A DNA stretch of 60,999 nt, filler included, from Circinaria calcarea (Eukaryota): the NCBI GenBank assembly GCA_051942165.1. It is 5 parts of 5 records of this genome, joined end to end, with 100 filler letters (N's around TTAATTAATTAA, not from the genome) between each part and the next. Parts side by side here need not be neighbours in the genome. Positions count along the whole stretch, not along the records: positions 36,718 to 48,814 come from JAVECS010000609.1; positions 48,915 to 60,999 come from JAVECS010000610.1; 3 more parts are not named here. One strand, written 5' to 3'. The position numbers and the translations under genes are program-made. Shown piece after piece: positions 38,077 to 51,900 of this stretch. The notes below the pieces were generated by a model. It made no database searches and was not told the origin of the DNA. It saw only the letters and a program-made list of their open reading frames with translations. The number at the start of each line of letters is the position of its first letter. The stretch's first letter is position 1.

Positions 38077-41000
38077 CTACCATATACCCTCTCCCCCATC
38101 CTCATCCCTCACAACAACAACACAAGGCTCTCTAGCCGCCCAAATCCTCCTCTCGCCACTTCCATCCATCAAACCCCCCTCTAACAAACCAACCTCACCC
38201 CTCACACTCTCTCCCTCGTCCTTCGCTGCCTTCCAAACGCTCACCTCCTCCACCATCGCCGCGACTTCGAATTCCCCGCTGCAGAGAAACGCACACCCGA
38301 GCTCCAGTTCCCTGCTTTCGCCTGCTTTTAACAAGGGTAATGCTTGCTGTAGGAGGCCGTTGAAGGCGAATTTCTTGGCCAAGTCGAGCGCGATGGTGGG
38401 GTTCGCTTGGTGCCGAACGGAAGGCTGCAGACGGAGGAGGGGGTATATCGGCGTGGGGAGGCGGTTGTGGATGGTGATGTGGAGGGTTAGGAAAGCGTCT
38501 GTGGTGGTGGAGAAGGAGGAACGGGCGGTTTGGTCGACGGCTGGAGTGGGAGATTCGGAGAGAGAGGTTTCAAAGCCGGTAAGGTGCAGGGAGATGGCGA
38601 CGTCTTCGAGCTTGAGGGCTTGGACCATGGATGGCGTGAGCTGGAGGGTTCGCAAAGGGATATCCCCCCTGCGACCGGTGTTGTCTTCTTCCCAAGAGGC
38701 ACGTATGTGTTTGAGGACTTCTTCGCGATACCAGAATAATTCTCTGCTGGCGCGTTCCGCTTCGGGGGAGATTTTGCTGGCACCGACGACGTATTGGCGT
38801 TTATTTACTAAGTTCAAGGAAGGGACCGGGGCATAAGGGTTGGGTAAAAATATCCGACGCAGGAGGAGAACGAGACGAGATGTATGTCCTGATTGTATTA
38901 CTTCGTGTACGGAATATGCACGCTTCCATGGGTCACAGGGGCTTGAGGGTTTGGAGAGACTTTCGTGGACTTGGACGGAGATTGAGAGAGGGTTTGGCCA
39001 GGAGTTGTGGAAGTCGAGGAGAAAGAGACAGTGGTCATTTCCGTGAGAGCCGAGACCGAGGCGTTCCAGGAGGGACTGAAAGCGGTTTTCGGTTCTCGTG
39101 GAGGCGCGAGATATGGCACGCGAGCGTCTATCCGGAGGTGTGCTATGGGCACTGCCATTTGACAGTTGCTGTCGCTGTTGATTGTGCCATGCAAAGTCGC
39201 CAGTGAAGGGAAGGAAGTCATTGCGGATAAGAGAGACGCTGCTGTTGACGGTGATAGTTATGGGTATTATTAATTGTCTGGTGTAGAATTCGTCCCTAAC
39301 ATCTGCTCTCGGTATACCAAGGTGACCATAGTCTATCTGTATCGTACCGTGAGTAAGTCCACGCTTGCCCATTACTTCAATCTCGAGGGTCGTCTCCCCA
39401 TTGGGAGCTATCAGAAGTTCTGCTTCCTCGGCTTGCCGTCGCCATTTGAAAGCTTTCCTGCGGTATAAAGAGAACTCCGCTTCGTAAAGTTCTGAAGGTG
39501 AGAGATCTTTGTTATTTAAAGCTGACTGCAAAGTTTTCAAAGTGGAGTCTGTGAAGGTAGGCAGCAAAAGATCAGCCGAGACCATTGAAGACGCGTTTTG
39601 AAGTGTAATTTTAATGTTTTTGGTCTCGCCATCCAAGAGCATCACGGCAAACTGGGGGAGTGATATGCCCTTCAAAAGAAGGTTGGGTTGAGGCTCAATG
39701 ACCTTTACAATCAGTTTCGATGCAATGGGCCCTTTCAAGGCTGGACCCCGTTGACCCCTCGTAGGATCTGATATTGCAGAAACTGGGCGAATTCTCTCTG
39801 AGTTGGCTGCGGCAAGACCCAACAATTTGATCTTACCATCTTGCTTCACTTTCCATGGCGTCTGGAAAATTGGGAATCCCCGTTCTCGACATCCTCTGAT
39901 CTTGGCCGTGCAACCTATGATGGTCAATGGACCGGATGCTTTTGGTGTCCCAAGCAGTTGGATCTCCTGCGTTCTGTACGGGCCGATTACCACCCCTCGT
40001 ACCACTGTCTCCATTAGTATATCGCTACTGTCCAACTTGATCCATTCGATCTCCAAGTCAAAATCATACAGATTCTGGACAGTAACGCCGAAACTTGCCT
40101 CTTCGTGTGCTATAAGCAGAGCCTCTGCAGGTGAAACTGGCTTCGTCACGAACGGATTGTAGATGAATGGACTCCTCTCTTTCTCATTGCTAAGTTCAGC
40201 GGCGATTGCTAAATGCGTTTTGTCATGGAGAGCTAGAGCCTTATCGTGTTTCGAATTCAAGGTTTTGATTCCCCGAACGAGGAATTCATCCCAGTATTCC
40301 GCCTCAACGTGGTCCAACCCGAGCTGTCTCGCTGCACCTACGGTGCGTGCGACGTTCTGTGACAAGCGGCCTTGATCTTCGATCGAAAGTGAAGGAGAAC
40401 CATCAGTAGTATCAGAAGCGGGTACTATACCGCTCCCAGCAGTTCTAAGCAGGTCGCTGGAGAACCGAAGCACACCTCGAAAGTCCGACAATGCTTCGCA
40501 GATATTGATGGACGCTCTTAGAACGTCAAGCTTCAGAGCTTGGTTTCCGAAGGAGCGCAGAGTAGCATGTTTCAAAGCTCGAGCTTCAACCGCTTCTGCT
40601 GTGTAAAGTATTTCTAACCTTCCGGACATGGTATCCACCTGTGGACTATCCTGGTTGAGTCTCACACGCCCAGAATCTGGGGAGGTTGAGAGGACCACGC
40701 CATAAACCTCGCAAACCGACGCTAAAAAACCCTGCGACCCATGTTCAGAGCTGCTATAGCGACCGAAGACATCTTCAAGCCCCATTCCGGCGCCGTTAAG
40801 ATCAAAAGATGAAAGACTTGCGGCAGGGTGAACACCCAGCTCCGCTGCACTATCCTTTCTGCTTTGCACTAAAGCAGGCAAGAGAACAGATGCGAGTTCT
40901 TTCGAAATGAACGCCTTTTTACGATGATATCCGAGCATGGAGAGCACAGAAGCGATTCCTGCTAGTATCCTCAGGCGGTCTATCACATCTAGGGTCTTCT

Positions 41001-42816
41001 CTGACGTGGAACTAGGAAGAGCACGGAAGAGGACAGTCGCAATTTCAGACTTTGTAAGGAAGCTCGCATAGTGTGTTGGTGCGGAGTCGTAAGCTTGTCG
41101 CTCATGTATGTTGAGTACCACACTCTGAAGGCCGTGATCATCAAGCAGTCCGTGCGAGGCCTGAATAGTTGCTAGCAGTTTGGAAAAGCGAATGGTTGAC
41201 TCTGAAAATACAATCTGAGGCACTTGATCTGCAGTAAACGTAGCAGCTCGTACATAGAGATGGAGTATATTATTCACAAGGTCAGGAAGTAATTGGCATA
41301 GGTTCTGTAAGGAAACTAAACGGTTCGCTGCATTTGCTGTTTTCAAGGATGGTGGATCAAGCATGGCACTCGAAGGCGTAAGTTTGGATGATTTACTCGA
41401 CGCTGAGATCGACTTCTCTCTTATGGGATAACATATTTGAGGTATCTAGCGAACTTTAGTATTGGTACGGGACAGGTATGTACAGCCTTGAACATGCACC
41501 TACCTCGAAATCCATACCCGACCAGGCGTACATTAATAAGCAAACAAGTATGTAGTCTAATGCTTTTGCATGCCAGACGTGATCACTGTTGGCCCTTGCG
41601 ATTGTCGCACTGTCCACCAGTTCCTTGACTGCATCTGGCCATCGTCCAGCGAGGAGATACATTGACCCTATCACAACGCCTATGCGACCTCTAGCCTTAT
41701 TTCTCGCCCGCTCCCCGAAGCTTCCTGAACCGAAGCCATGCACAGGCACTCTGTCCTTGCTGAGTCGCCCTGCCTTTTCTTGGTCAGTACTTAAATCGGG
41801 CTTTGCCGGAAGGCCGTCCATTTCCTCAAAGGTGACAGGAGGCGTACGAGTCCCATTAGACTGTGACGTTGAGCGACTTCCTTCAGCTGATGATGGGCGT
41901 CCCGAGGCCAAGCGCGTCGGGATCGATGTACGATGCAGTGATCTGTCTGCCTCTGGCGCTGGTGAGGATGAACGAGAGCCTGGCGTACTCGAAATACGTG
42001 ACTCTGGCCTAGAAGGACCATCCGGTTGAGAGATCGAATTGGTATAGTAATCGTTAGATAGTTGTTCATTCTGCAAGGGCTTCGGTGTCTCGATATTGGG
42101 TAGGGCTTGCAAGGATTTGGCATAAGATGTCATCTCAGCCAGCAGGAGAGATGTCAAATCACACATTAGAGTCTTCATCGTAGTTGTTTTTGAGTGCTCA
42201 GGAGACGGTACAGGTACAAGCGAAGCTGGTAAAGGATCTGATGTATCATAATCAAAAAGGAAGACCTGGTGAACCAACGCCGAGGGGTATTGCTCTTTCA
42301 TTTCCAAAATACATTCCATAAGGTTGCCAAACAGTTCATTCTCGTCTGTTGTCCCCTGTTCAGATGCCCCATTCGTATCACCATTGGAAGCTGACTGACC
42401 CTTTCCGCGGTCGCCATGCGCAAAGCTTCCCCCCTCAGCAATACCTATGATTACAAGTGGCTCTCGGTATAGCTCGAACGGCACCAGAGGCAGGTGGGAA
42501 GCGGGGGGAACAGAGACCAGCATATTGTAAACAATGAGCCCGGTAGGGAAGGCCAGGGGCGAAAACATAGCTAGATCGACAGGGAAACTGTCAGCAAAGG
42601 CTTCCCTTGAAGAGGCCGAACATGTATATCTTCAACTGGGATCTTCTCACTCCTGTGCGGCCGGCCATTCGGACTGATATCCCCTAGGCGGACGGTGCCA
42701 ACTTGCTGAAGTCTCTCCGCCAAATCAAAGAACCTCGAGCGCTTTATTCTCCCACACGGGAGGAGTAGACATTGAACTTGCGCCGGCGCGACCGGTGAAA
42801 GAGCGTCAAGTCCCAT
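38077..42816 (-). CDS. TRS120: TRAPPII-specific subunit Trs120 (TRAPPC9); 3 exons
   Basis: DALSPVAPA...VRLGDISP, MFSPLAFPTG, FELYREPLVIIG, YLLAGRWPDA, SDHVWHAKAL, PFIYNPF, FWYREEVL. Two GT-AG introns join the ORFs. Confidence 0.92.
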
Positions 42817-43378
42817 AATGACATTGGTACAGACTCGTGACGCTGAGATTCACCTCAGCAAGGCCGGGGCAGCGCATAAGTAGGAACACTGAGATCCCGA
42901 TAGTCGTCTACTCGATGATACAAGGAGAGGCACATGATCTGGCATCGACGGGCGTATTATAGTAAGAATCTTTCGGTGTTCTATGATGAAAACGCTCCAC
43001 TGAACATCCATCCTGAACCTACAAAATGTAGTAGATGAATGAAACTTACCCGGTAGTGAAACACTAATCTACACGTTTCGCCTCCAACCTTTGTTTATCT
43101 ATCACTCGCCTTTTAGTTCCGGCTATCACTTTTGCATCCTACGGCGTTTCTCGGGGTATTATTGACTTTTAGATTACAGATTATTCCCCAAGGACTCGTC
43201 CTCTACAATACATCCTACGTTTACCGTCCTTAACGCTCCGTTACATCAACACGGCCGCCTCCACATATTATCAGGACACCTATCCCTCCCAGCGCCCCTT
43301 ACAACTAGTAGAAAGCCTTGAGTTGAACGACTAAAAGAAACGAGGTTTGAGAAGGTCTTTCTGATCCTCCGTGATCAG

Positions 43379-46300
43379 ATGGCACCCGAAAAAATCGACT
43401 ACAATGCGCTGCGAGCGCAAACCATGGGTGCCGGAAACGACGAGGAAGCAGTTACAGTCAACACTCGGGCTCTCATAGACAAAATCCTTGCAAGATACTC
43501 GGGCGAGTGGACAGTGCTGAGAGAACTGCTACAGAATGCCGCAGATGCATCTGCTTCTAAGGTCACTATAAGATTTGAGACCATTCCCTCGACCTCTGTA
43601 CCGGTCCCTCAAACATCGGATTCCTCGGCGCTCCTTCGCCATACGCTATTACATCACACATTAAAGCGCCTCATAGTCAGCAATGACGGTCAGGCCTTTG
43701 GCTCGAATGACTGGTCTAGACTCAAACGTATTGCCGAAGGCAACCCGGACGAGACAAAGATCGGTGCATTTGGTGTCGGCTTTTACAGCGTGTTTGCTGA
43801 CTGCGAAGAGCCCCTCGTAAGCTCTGGAAAGGAAGCTATGGCATTCTATTGGAAGGGCAACTCTCTCTTCACGAGGCGTCTACAAATGAACGACGAGCAA
43901 TCAGGAACCAATACTAGCTTTGTCCTGGATTACAGGAACAATACATCCCCAGTGCCCGGACTGCTCCCGCTAAGTCAGTTTCTAGCCTCAAGTATTACAT
44001 TTACTGGACTAAGCAACATTGAATTGTGGCTGGATGACTGGAAAATCTTCGCTCTTACCAAACTTACAGCTCCTAGCATGGGGATTAAGATTCCAAGGTT
44101 GCTGGAGACTAAGACCCCTGAAGGTCTTATGCAAGTCGAGTCTGTCACACGAGAAATGGCTCAGCTAGATGCTAGATGGTTGAATATAATTGCCTGGAAG
44201 CCAAAAGATGTACATAACACTGGAATCAGTGGTACCCCAGCTGGTATGGCGAAAGGTGCCACCTCTGGTCAAACACTTCGGACCTTTTTTAGTAGATTTA
44301 GTGCTAGCTCAAATGCTTCTGCTGAGAAGGCGGCCAAAGACGAGCGGATGGCGCAGGAAGCAATTGTGGAAGATCTTTTTGGGGAGTGCACCGCTACGGT
44401 ATTCTTACATATTCACACCGCCACCATCCGTACTTCGTGCAATAAAAGTTTCAGTCAGGAGCTGGAACGTGCAACGAAGAAGCCGCCTCCGAAGTCAACA
44501 AAGATTGCTGTTTTGACGTCTTCATTGGACGAGCAAACGGCATCTACATCAACTGTGGCTGGCACAGCATCAAAAATCACGGACATCTTCAGTTCGGTCC
44601 TCCCTTCTAGATCCGGGCGGATCTATATTGGGTTTCCAACACATCAGACCACAGGATTAAACGCTCATATCTCAATGGCATCAATCATTCCCACGGTTGA
44701 GCGCGCAAGCCTAGGTATGAAACATGATTAATATAATAATCGAGGTGGTAATGATGTCTTTGTTAATATGATGTACAGATCTGAACGCACGCTGGGTTCG
44801 AACCTGGAATATCGAGATGCTTCGAGCTGCAGGTATTGTCTGCCGGTTAGCATGGTCTGGAGAAATTGACGCTATTAAGGAGAAGCTAACACGAGCTCTG
44901 GAGCGAAATAAGAGGAGCAAGATAGTAAGGGAAGACATTGACGGGGTCCTCCCAGAGACAATACACATGTTAAACCAATTCACCTTCCGAGAGTCCACCC
45001 CTTCATCTCAGGTGGGAAGTTTCATTGAGGAAGCCTTCTGGACCTGTAACAAACTCGCTTCGATAGATATCTTGTCAAGTCGTGGAGTTCTTCCAAGCCA
45101 AGACGTCCGGATAATACCAGTCGACGATAACCTGAGCTTCGTGGATCGCATACCGGTGTTACCACAAGATTTAATTAAACAAGCGGAAGGCTTCGTGAAG
45201 AAATTAACTGAATTCGGTATCATCAGCGAAATCACTACTTCGGATATCAAAAAGGCTCTCGAATCTCAAGCATTGGATGCAAAGCAACTCGTCGAATTCC
45301 TAAAATGGGTTGGCCATAAGGCACGCATCAACGAGATCGATAATTTAACAGTTAAGTCACTACTAGATGTCACAGTGGCGCACGATGACCACGACAGCCC
45401 CGGTCAAGGTAAGTTAATCGTACTGTCGGAAATCAAGCATTTTATAAATCCTTCGAAGATTCCGGCTAATCTACCTGCGAATCCTGATACCATTCCCTTT
45501 CGACTGACAAAAAGCTTTGAACGGGTGGAACTAGAGGCCTTGGGGTGGGAGGATCTGCAGATTGTCCCATGGCTTCGTTGGCTGGTAGAAAATACAGGCG
45601 GTCGTGGTCAACTGCCTACCGAGCAAGACATCACTCAAAATCCGGCTTTCGCAAGCCAAGTCCTCCCCGTTATATCAAAACAGTGGGACGGCTTCAGTCA
45701 ATCCTCCCGAACGACGGTTATCGGGCTTTTGAGTTCTCGCACCGTCATTCCGACTAAGATGGGAATGAGACTTCCTCCGCAGTCATACTTCCCATCGGTC
45801 AAGCTGTTCGATGATCTCCCTACCATCTCGGGTTTGCCTTCTGTCAAGGAGAAAATGTTGACAACCTTGGGTGTGCGTAAGACTATCGAACTTGGACTCA
45901 TTTTTGATCGTCTCCTGGCACCCCCTGAATATACGCCAGATGCATCTAACTCCCGGCCAACATGGAGTCATGTCGACCTTATCAAGTATCTTTCTTCAGT
46001 CCGTGGTGATATACCTCCGGGCGATGTCAACCGCTTGAGAAGTACTCCTATATGTCCAGCCGAGAGTTCCGATCCAAGCAAGGCCACTGTTCAGCGATTT
46101 TGTCTTGTAGACCTCTTTGAGCCTAACGAAAGCTTGCGATCTTTAGGCCTTCAGATCCTTTACTGGCCAGGCATATATCGTGCCGGAAGTGACGAAGGCA
46201 AGTTTCTCAGCTTTCTAGGACTAAGAAGCTCCCCTCAGGTTCCAGAACTTGTGAACATTATGGCCAATGCTGCTACTACCGGCAACATGACTTTGCGGGA

Positions 46301-48707
46301 ACGCGCTCTTAAGTATTTTATCGACCATCACCATACAAATAGCTATGCTAATTTCGACATGGCGACCTTCACCGTGCCTTACCTGCCTGTGCAGGGAGAT
46401 GATCCAGCTCGAGCTGTGTTACCAACTCAATGTTTCACCAACGAAGGTGCTGCAATTATGGGCTATGATATACTTAGAAAAGACTTGCATCCTCACGCCA
46501 GTAAATTTGGAGTTCAGGCGAATCCTTCATTCCAGGACTGCGTTGACCGTCTAATTAAGAATCCTCCGGATACTAAGCGGAGGGCGCGGGAGGTTTTTGA
46601 ATACTTCTCTACAAGACTCAATGAAATGAACACCCGATTGACTGAAATGCTGGGTCAAGCCAAGTTTGTACCTGCGATACCGAAGGTCGTCCCAAATGGA
46701 CTGCCCTCCGAGAAATCTGGCACCGTTCGACACATAACGCCACGTCTTTGCTTTCTTGGCGATGGTGGGAAATACGGCGATGTATTCGATTACGCCGACT
46801 TTGGTCAGCAGGCTAATTCTTTCCTCCTAAGATGTGGTTCGAAGCATGAACCTACCTCATTCGAGCTAGCCCAGCTAGTAGTAAGAGAGCCAGCGAGAGT
46901 CTTCAACTCCTTCCAGAGTGTCGAACGGTATATGGATCTCCTGAGAAATCTAGCAGACTCTTGGTCGTCGATCAAAAGGGACAAGGCTTTAGTGAAGGAG
47001 ATGAGGAAGGCGCCCTTTCTGCTTGCCTACAAGGAGTATCCTTCGGAAAAAGGTAGAAATAAATCAAAAGGAGGCGGACCCCACGATGTTACCCCGGATT
47101 ATGACGACGAAGATGACGCCGGCGTCAAAACCTACCAGCTTGCAAGCTCCAGCGAGATTGTTATCGTGGACGATGTTGTTAATTACAATATATTCAAGGC
47201 GAATATACTTGTGGCTCCCATGGAAGAGAGACTAGAAGAACTTTACGAGAAACTTGGGGCGTCTACGTTGTCATCCTTGGTGGAAGAGGCAGCCAATGCT
47301 GGAAGAGTGAATGAAGACCAAAGAGATGCTGCAAAACTGCAAACTCTCGTAAACGAACGGATCAAATTGTTCCTACATGATATCCCTCCGGAATCCATTA
47401 GGCATGACACAAAATGGCTAGAAAAGAACGTTAAGTTTCTCTCTGTCCAATCTCTTTCCGTCCGCAAGTCTCTGAAGGGACTCCGTGTGTCCCATAGCGA
47501 GTCGGTGAACGCCACCACAGTTTACGATCAGCAGAAAGGATGGATTGTCTATTTCACCACTGCCAAGCATGATCTCTATCATGTCAGCCAGGCACTGGTA
47601 CAGTTACTGGTCAGTCGCCCAAAGCCACAGCATGCCATGTTGTTGGACCAGCTATTGAGCACCGATCTCAATAAGCTTAAACGACGAGGATACAATGTCG
47701 ATAGAATTTTACGTCAGAAAGCAGCAGAAGCGCGCATTGCCGAGGACCATCGCAAAGCCCAGCTCGAGGCGGAGCAAACAAGAATCAAAGAACAAGAAGC
47801 TGCTTGGCAAGAGAGTCAAGCTGTTAAAGCCCAAGAACAGATATCTATGCCAGGCGTGTTTCCGGATTCTCCAGACCACAAACTTGCTGGCCGCGCTGAG
47901 GAGAATGTCGAGGACGATAGGTCCTTGAGAAGACCTCGGGGTATCTTTTCCGAGATTACGAGGAGGCTTGGCATTGACGATGCCAGACGACCCGCGCAGA
48001 CGGGTGGGACAGCTGAGGGAAGTCAGGCTCCTCCACCACCATATTCACCAACAGATTCGCAGCAGTCGTCACCTCCTAACAAGCCACCTAACCCTGTCAC
48101 AGCACCTCATCACCTTCAACAGAACCTCCTTAGCGCAGTTCAATTGGCTCAAGCCTACAACTCCAGAAGTGTGGTCAGCAAACCCAAGGTCAACGTAGTC
48201 AAGGAGACGCAGACGTACTGTGACGCCAAACCTGCGCAGAACATCACTTTCCATGCCGACACTAGTTCCGGCATTAAGATTTTCCTTTCTAATACATTGG
48301 CGGACAAGAACAAGTTCGTGGCGCAGAATTCGTCCGCCTTGGACGCTTTTGCCTCCGTGCTGCTGGACTGCGCTGAAGTGTTTGCATTGGCTCGGAATAG
48401 TGTTCACATATTTCATGAGAGCAATTCCAGCACCATCGCCTTCAACCAAGGCCATTCTCTGATGTTCAACTATTCGTACTTTGAGAATTTGCATTTGCCG
48501 GCTGTGCAGCAAGGCCACCGGACCGACGCCATCATCTACTGGTTCGTTGTCCTCTGCCACGAACTGGCGCACAACCTCGTGGCGGATCACAGTGCGGGTC
48601 ATAGTTACTACGCGGAAGCTTTCATGGTTCAGTTTTTCGGAAGTATCGCGGCCAAGGTTATGAAAGAGACGGGAGGTGCGAGGTTGGAGCTGAGGCCAAG
48701 GGAGTAG
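43379..48707 (+). CDS. Sacsin-like GHKL (HATPase_c) ATPase with DUF3684-type region and C-terminal HExxH motif, about 1754 aa
   Basis: GHKL motifs RELLQNAADA, NDGQAF and IGAFGVGFYS. Intron 44715-44778 joins IPTVERASLD-LNARW. Coiled-coil-like stretch, then C-terminal LCHELAHNLVADHSAGHSYY. Confidence 0.85.
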
Positions 48708-48814
48708 CTGTCTTTACTGGGTGCTGAATGCAGATTGAGTTTGTGGCGCCGATCAGAACAAAGTCCGTATGCTTGACTGTTGGTTTGCACGGTCCTCATG
48801 CGAAGGTACGGGGC

Positions 48815-48914
48815 NNNNNNNNNNNNNNNNNNNNNNNNNNNNNNNNNNNNNNNNNNNNTTAATTAATTAANNNNNNNNNNNNNNNNNNNNNNNNNNNNNN
48901 NNNNNNNNNNNNNN
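48815..48914. other. Artificial contig linker
   Basis: 44 N + TTAATTAATTAA + 44 N. Confidence 0.98.
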
Positions 48915-48935
48915 ATGCTCGCTATGCTCGCTCCT

Positions 48936-51900
48936 CTAAGGCTTAAACAACTGCTCCTTTCGGAAAAAGACCAAGAACCCAATGCAAATGACCAACTGGG
49001 ACAGCAACGCCACCCAAAACCAAGTCTTTTGTAATCCATCCATGACTCCGAACGATAAGTTCGGAAACACATCCCCCGGACCGACCGCATCCGGTGCCGT
49101 CGCCCTCGCTACAATCGTCGCGATGGAACCCAGAACCTGGGCGGCTGTAAGGGTGAAGGTGACGTGGAATCTCGTCAGGGTTTGTAAGAGGATCATTCCA
49201 AAACCGACCCCTTGGAGTGAATCGAGGACGCCGAGCCAGAGCCAGAGACTTCGTCCGAGAAGAGCCCCGGTGACTTGGCCGCCGAGTGGCACGTAGAGAG
49301 CGATGTTTGACGTTCCCCAGAGCATCTGCGCCCAACGGGGTGCACCAAGGCTGATGGCGAATATAGGGATAATCCAGGAGTGCTGTCGCGAAAGGGATCC
49401 AAGGATCCAGAGCAACAGACCCCAGACACCGACGAAGAAAACAATGAGCAACAAAGCGACCGCCCAGCCGGGAGTGTGTTGGTTGGACCAAAGATATCGC
49501 CAGTTTCGACCGTACGGACCAGAGAGCCAGTAGTTTTGTACAATGACCATGACGAAAAACCACTGGAGGCTGCTGTCAGACGACTGTGTAAAAGAAGATG
49601 AACGAGAACTACTTACAAGAATGATCTTTCGTCGGAACAAGGCCTTATAGAATGACGGTATCTTCCCGGGTTTTTGACGGTAATAATTTGGAAGACCAAA
49701 GAAAAGAATCAGTCCCACGGCCCACATGACCGCCGCAATTGGCGTGGTAATGGCAGTCACCGCTCGGCTCGAAGTCACGAGCTTGGTCGAGGTGACCCCG
49801 GCCGTAGAAAAGGTGGTCATTTGTGAGCCCCAATACCATAACACAGCAACATATAGTTGCTGGGTTCCTTGGATCACGCAAGCTCTAAAGGCCCAAGTAT
49901 CGAAGGGAGCACCACCTTTACGGCCTGTTAGACAGTTCGAATCCATACTCAAACAGGTTGAGGACATACCTTCACTTCCAAAGTTGAGGGTAAAGAATAG
50001 CGAGCCGCTAGCCGATGCAATAGCATATAAGCTGGTGGCAACATTGTAAATCCAACCCCTTCCTTCAGCGTTCCTTATATAAGGGCCCATCCCAAGAATA
50101 AAGAACGCAAGGCCGTACACCATAAAAGGTAACGAAAGAATGTAAATCAGCTTTATCCTGCGGAACAGAAACCACCAAAATATCGAGGCTGCAAGGTAGA
50201 TACTGGCCACAACGTATAACTTCTCTGCGGCTTGGCCATTTTCACCCGTCAAGAGCGTGATTTGATAAGAATTTGCAGCAATGATTTGGCCCTATAAGAA
50301 GTTAGAAGTCTTACTCCGTAGCGCTACATGGAAATTCTTACAAATGCCAAGAAGAATGAGTAAAGTTCCCAGTCTCCAATCTTCCATTGAAGGATACTTC
50401 TCAATCCTGTCGGCGGCACATATCCTTCCCCTAGCAAGAATTCTCCGTTGTCAGGCTCATCAGGTGTAGACGCATCTCCTAGATTTGAACCGTCCTCACT
50501 ATGTCCTGATCGACCCCACGGCATCCGAAATACAGAGGAGGAGGGCGTTGTTGCTCCGGATTTACCGAGTTTCGCGTGGTGAAAACGACTGAACCATTGT
50601 TTCTCACTCTTGACAAGAAAGTCCTCGATACAAAGCTCTTCTTCCGATGACTTGCCGTTGACGGAATCCAACATCTTTTTAAACGTATTATAGTAGAGGG
50701 CTGAAGAGTCGGTGAAGAAAGGATCGACCTTTTGTAACTTGAAGTCTTTCTGCACTCCAATAACGGAATGTAGACTGAGAAGAGAGTTTCTGCTTGGTAG
50801 GAGGCCGTCCTCAGCTGACGGTGTACCGGGCATGGAATGGCCAGGCGAAAATACTGGAGAATAAGGTATAGATGGAAATCCCTCGAAAGGGGTCATGTTT
50901 CCTCGAAGTGTGGATCCATCACGTCGCGGGGAGGTAGCAAAGTCTTCGACTCTGACAGGGTTTAACCGCGGACTATCCAGTGGTCTGTTTTCACTGTCCT
51001 CCAGCATCGCGCTTTGGGTAGCGCTACTTTGATTATCTCTAGCGCTATCGACAGCACTAATCGAATTTATAGAACTCGCTCTGGAATTTGGCCATTTGAT
51101 CAGACGCTTCCTCTGACGGCCTCTATCATGACCTGGTGATGAGTGTCCTGGTCCTATCATTCTGCCCAAGGACTGTTGGCCATTGGTTCCTGGGACTGTT
51201 ATCTCTGGGGACGGACTTGCAGCTCTGCTATTTGGCGCTGTATTCGGTGCCGTATTTGGCGCGGTATTTGGCGCAGTCGGTGCAGCTGTGGTTGTCCCAC
51301 TCACATAACCATTTTCGGAATGACTAAAGCGACTTGAATTTCTGCGGGAAGTGCTACCCGAAGCTGAAAATCTGAAGGTGTGCCGCGACTTAGCGGCTTG
51401 TTTATGGTGGATATTGATCGACGAAGACTGGAGTTTCTCTAGATCTTCTATCCACTGCGCCACAGGGAAACGCTGTAATTGAGAACGAGCCCTCATGGTG
51501 GCGCGGACCTCCTGCTTAGATGATAGCGCTCCGTGTATCGCCATCTTGAATTGGTGCAGGAGGTGCTTGCTTGTGGGAGACTCGATAGTATACCACCAGC
51601 CGGGCATCTGTCCAAGTCCCCCGACCCGTGAGCCAACACCAAGAGCACCCTTACGCCCAAATTCAACAGCGACAAGACCAAAAGGTTCGTCGCGGGAAGG
51701 GATAAGAGCGAACTCCGCGCCGCTGAAGATATATGGCGGTAATGCAGTAAACTCAGGCTTGGAGAACACTCTGCCCGGGTATTTCGCCATCATTCTTTCT
51801 AACTTGAGGGCTGCAAACTTGCCATATAAATCGATGACAGGGCCGACGCAGATCAACTGAGTATTACTGTTTTCCTCAAGAATGGAGAAAAAAACGTCGG

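Noticed and set aside
38027..38836. 269-aa plus-strand ORF and many other short overlapping ORFs
   Set aside because: They are antisense or alternate-frame shadows of TRS120, SPT6, ags and other genes, with no recognisable motifs.
2421..42816. Apparent TRAPP gene cluster (TRAPPC12-like plus TRS120)
   Set aside because: The genes lie on different contigs separated by three artificial linkers.
44705..44714. Possible GC-AG intron donor (GCAAGC) in the GHKL gene
   Set aside because: The canonical GT donor at 44715 gives the correct frame and a sensible protein sequence.
23567..48707. Two HELAH-motif proteins as a linked system
   Set aside because: They are on different contigs and share nothing visible beyond the short motif.
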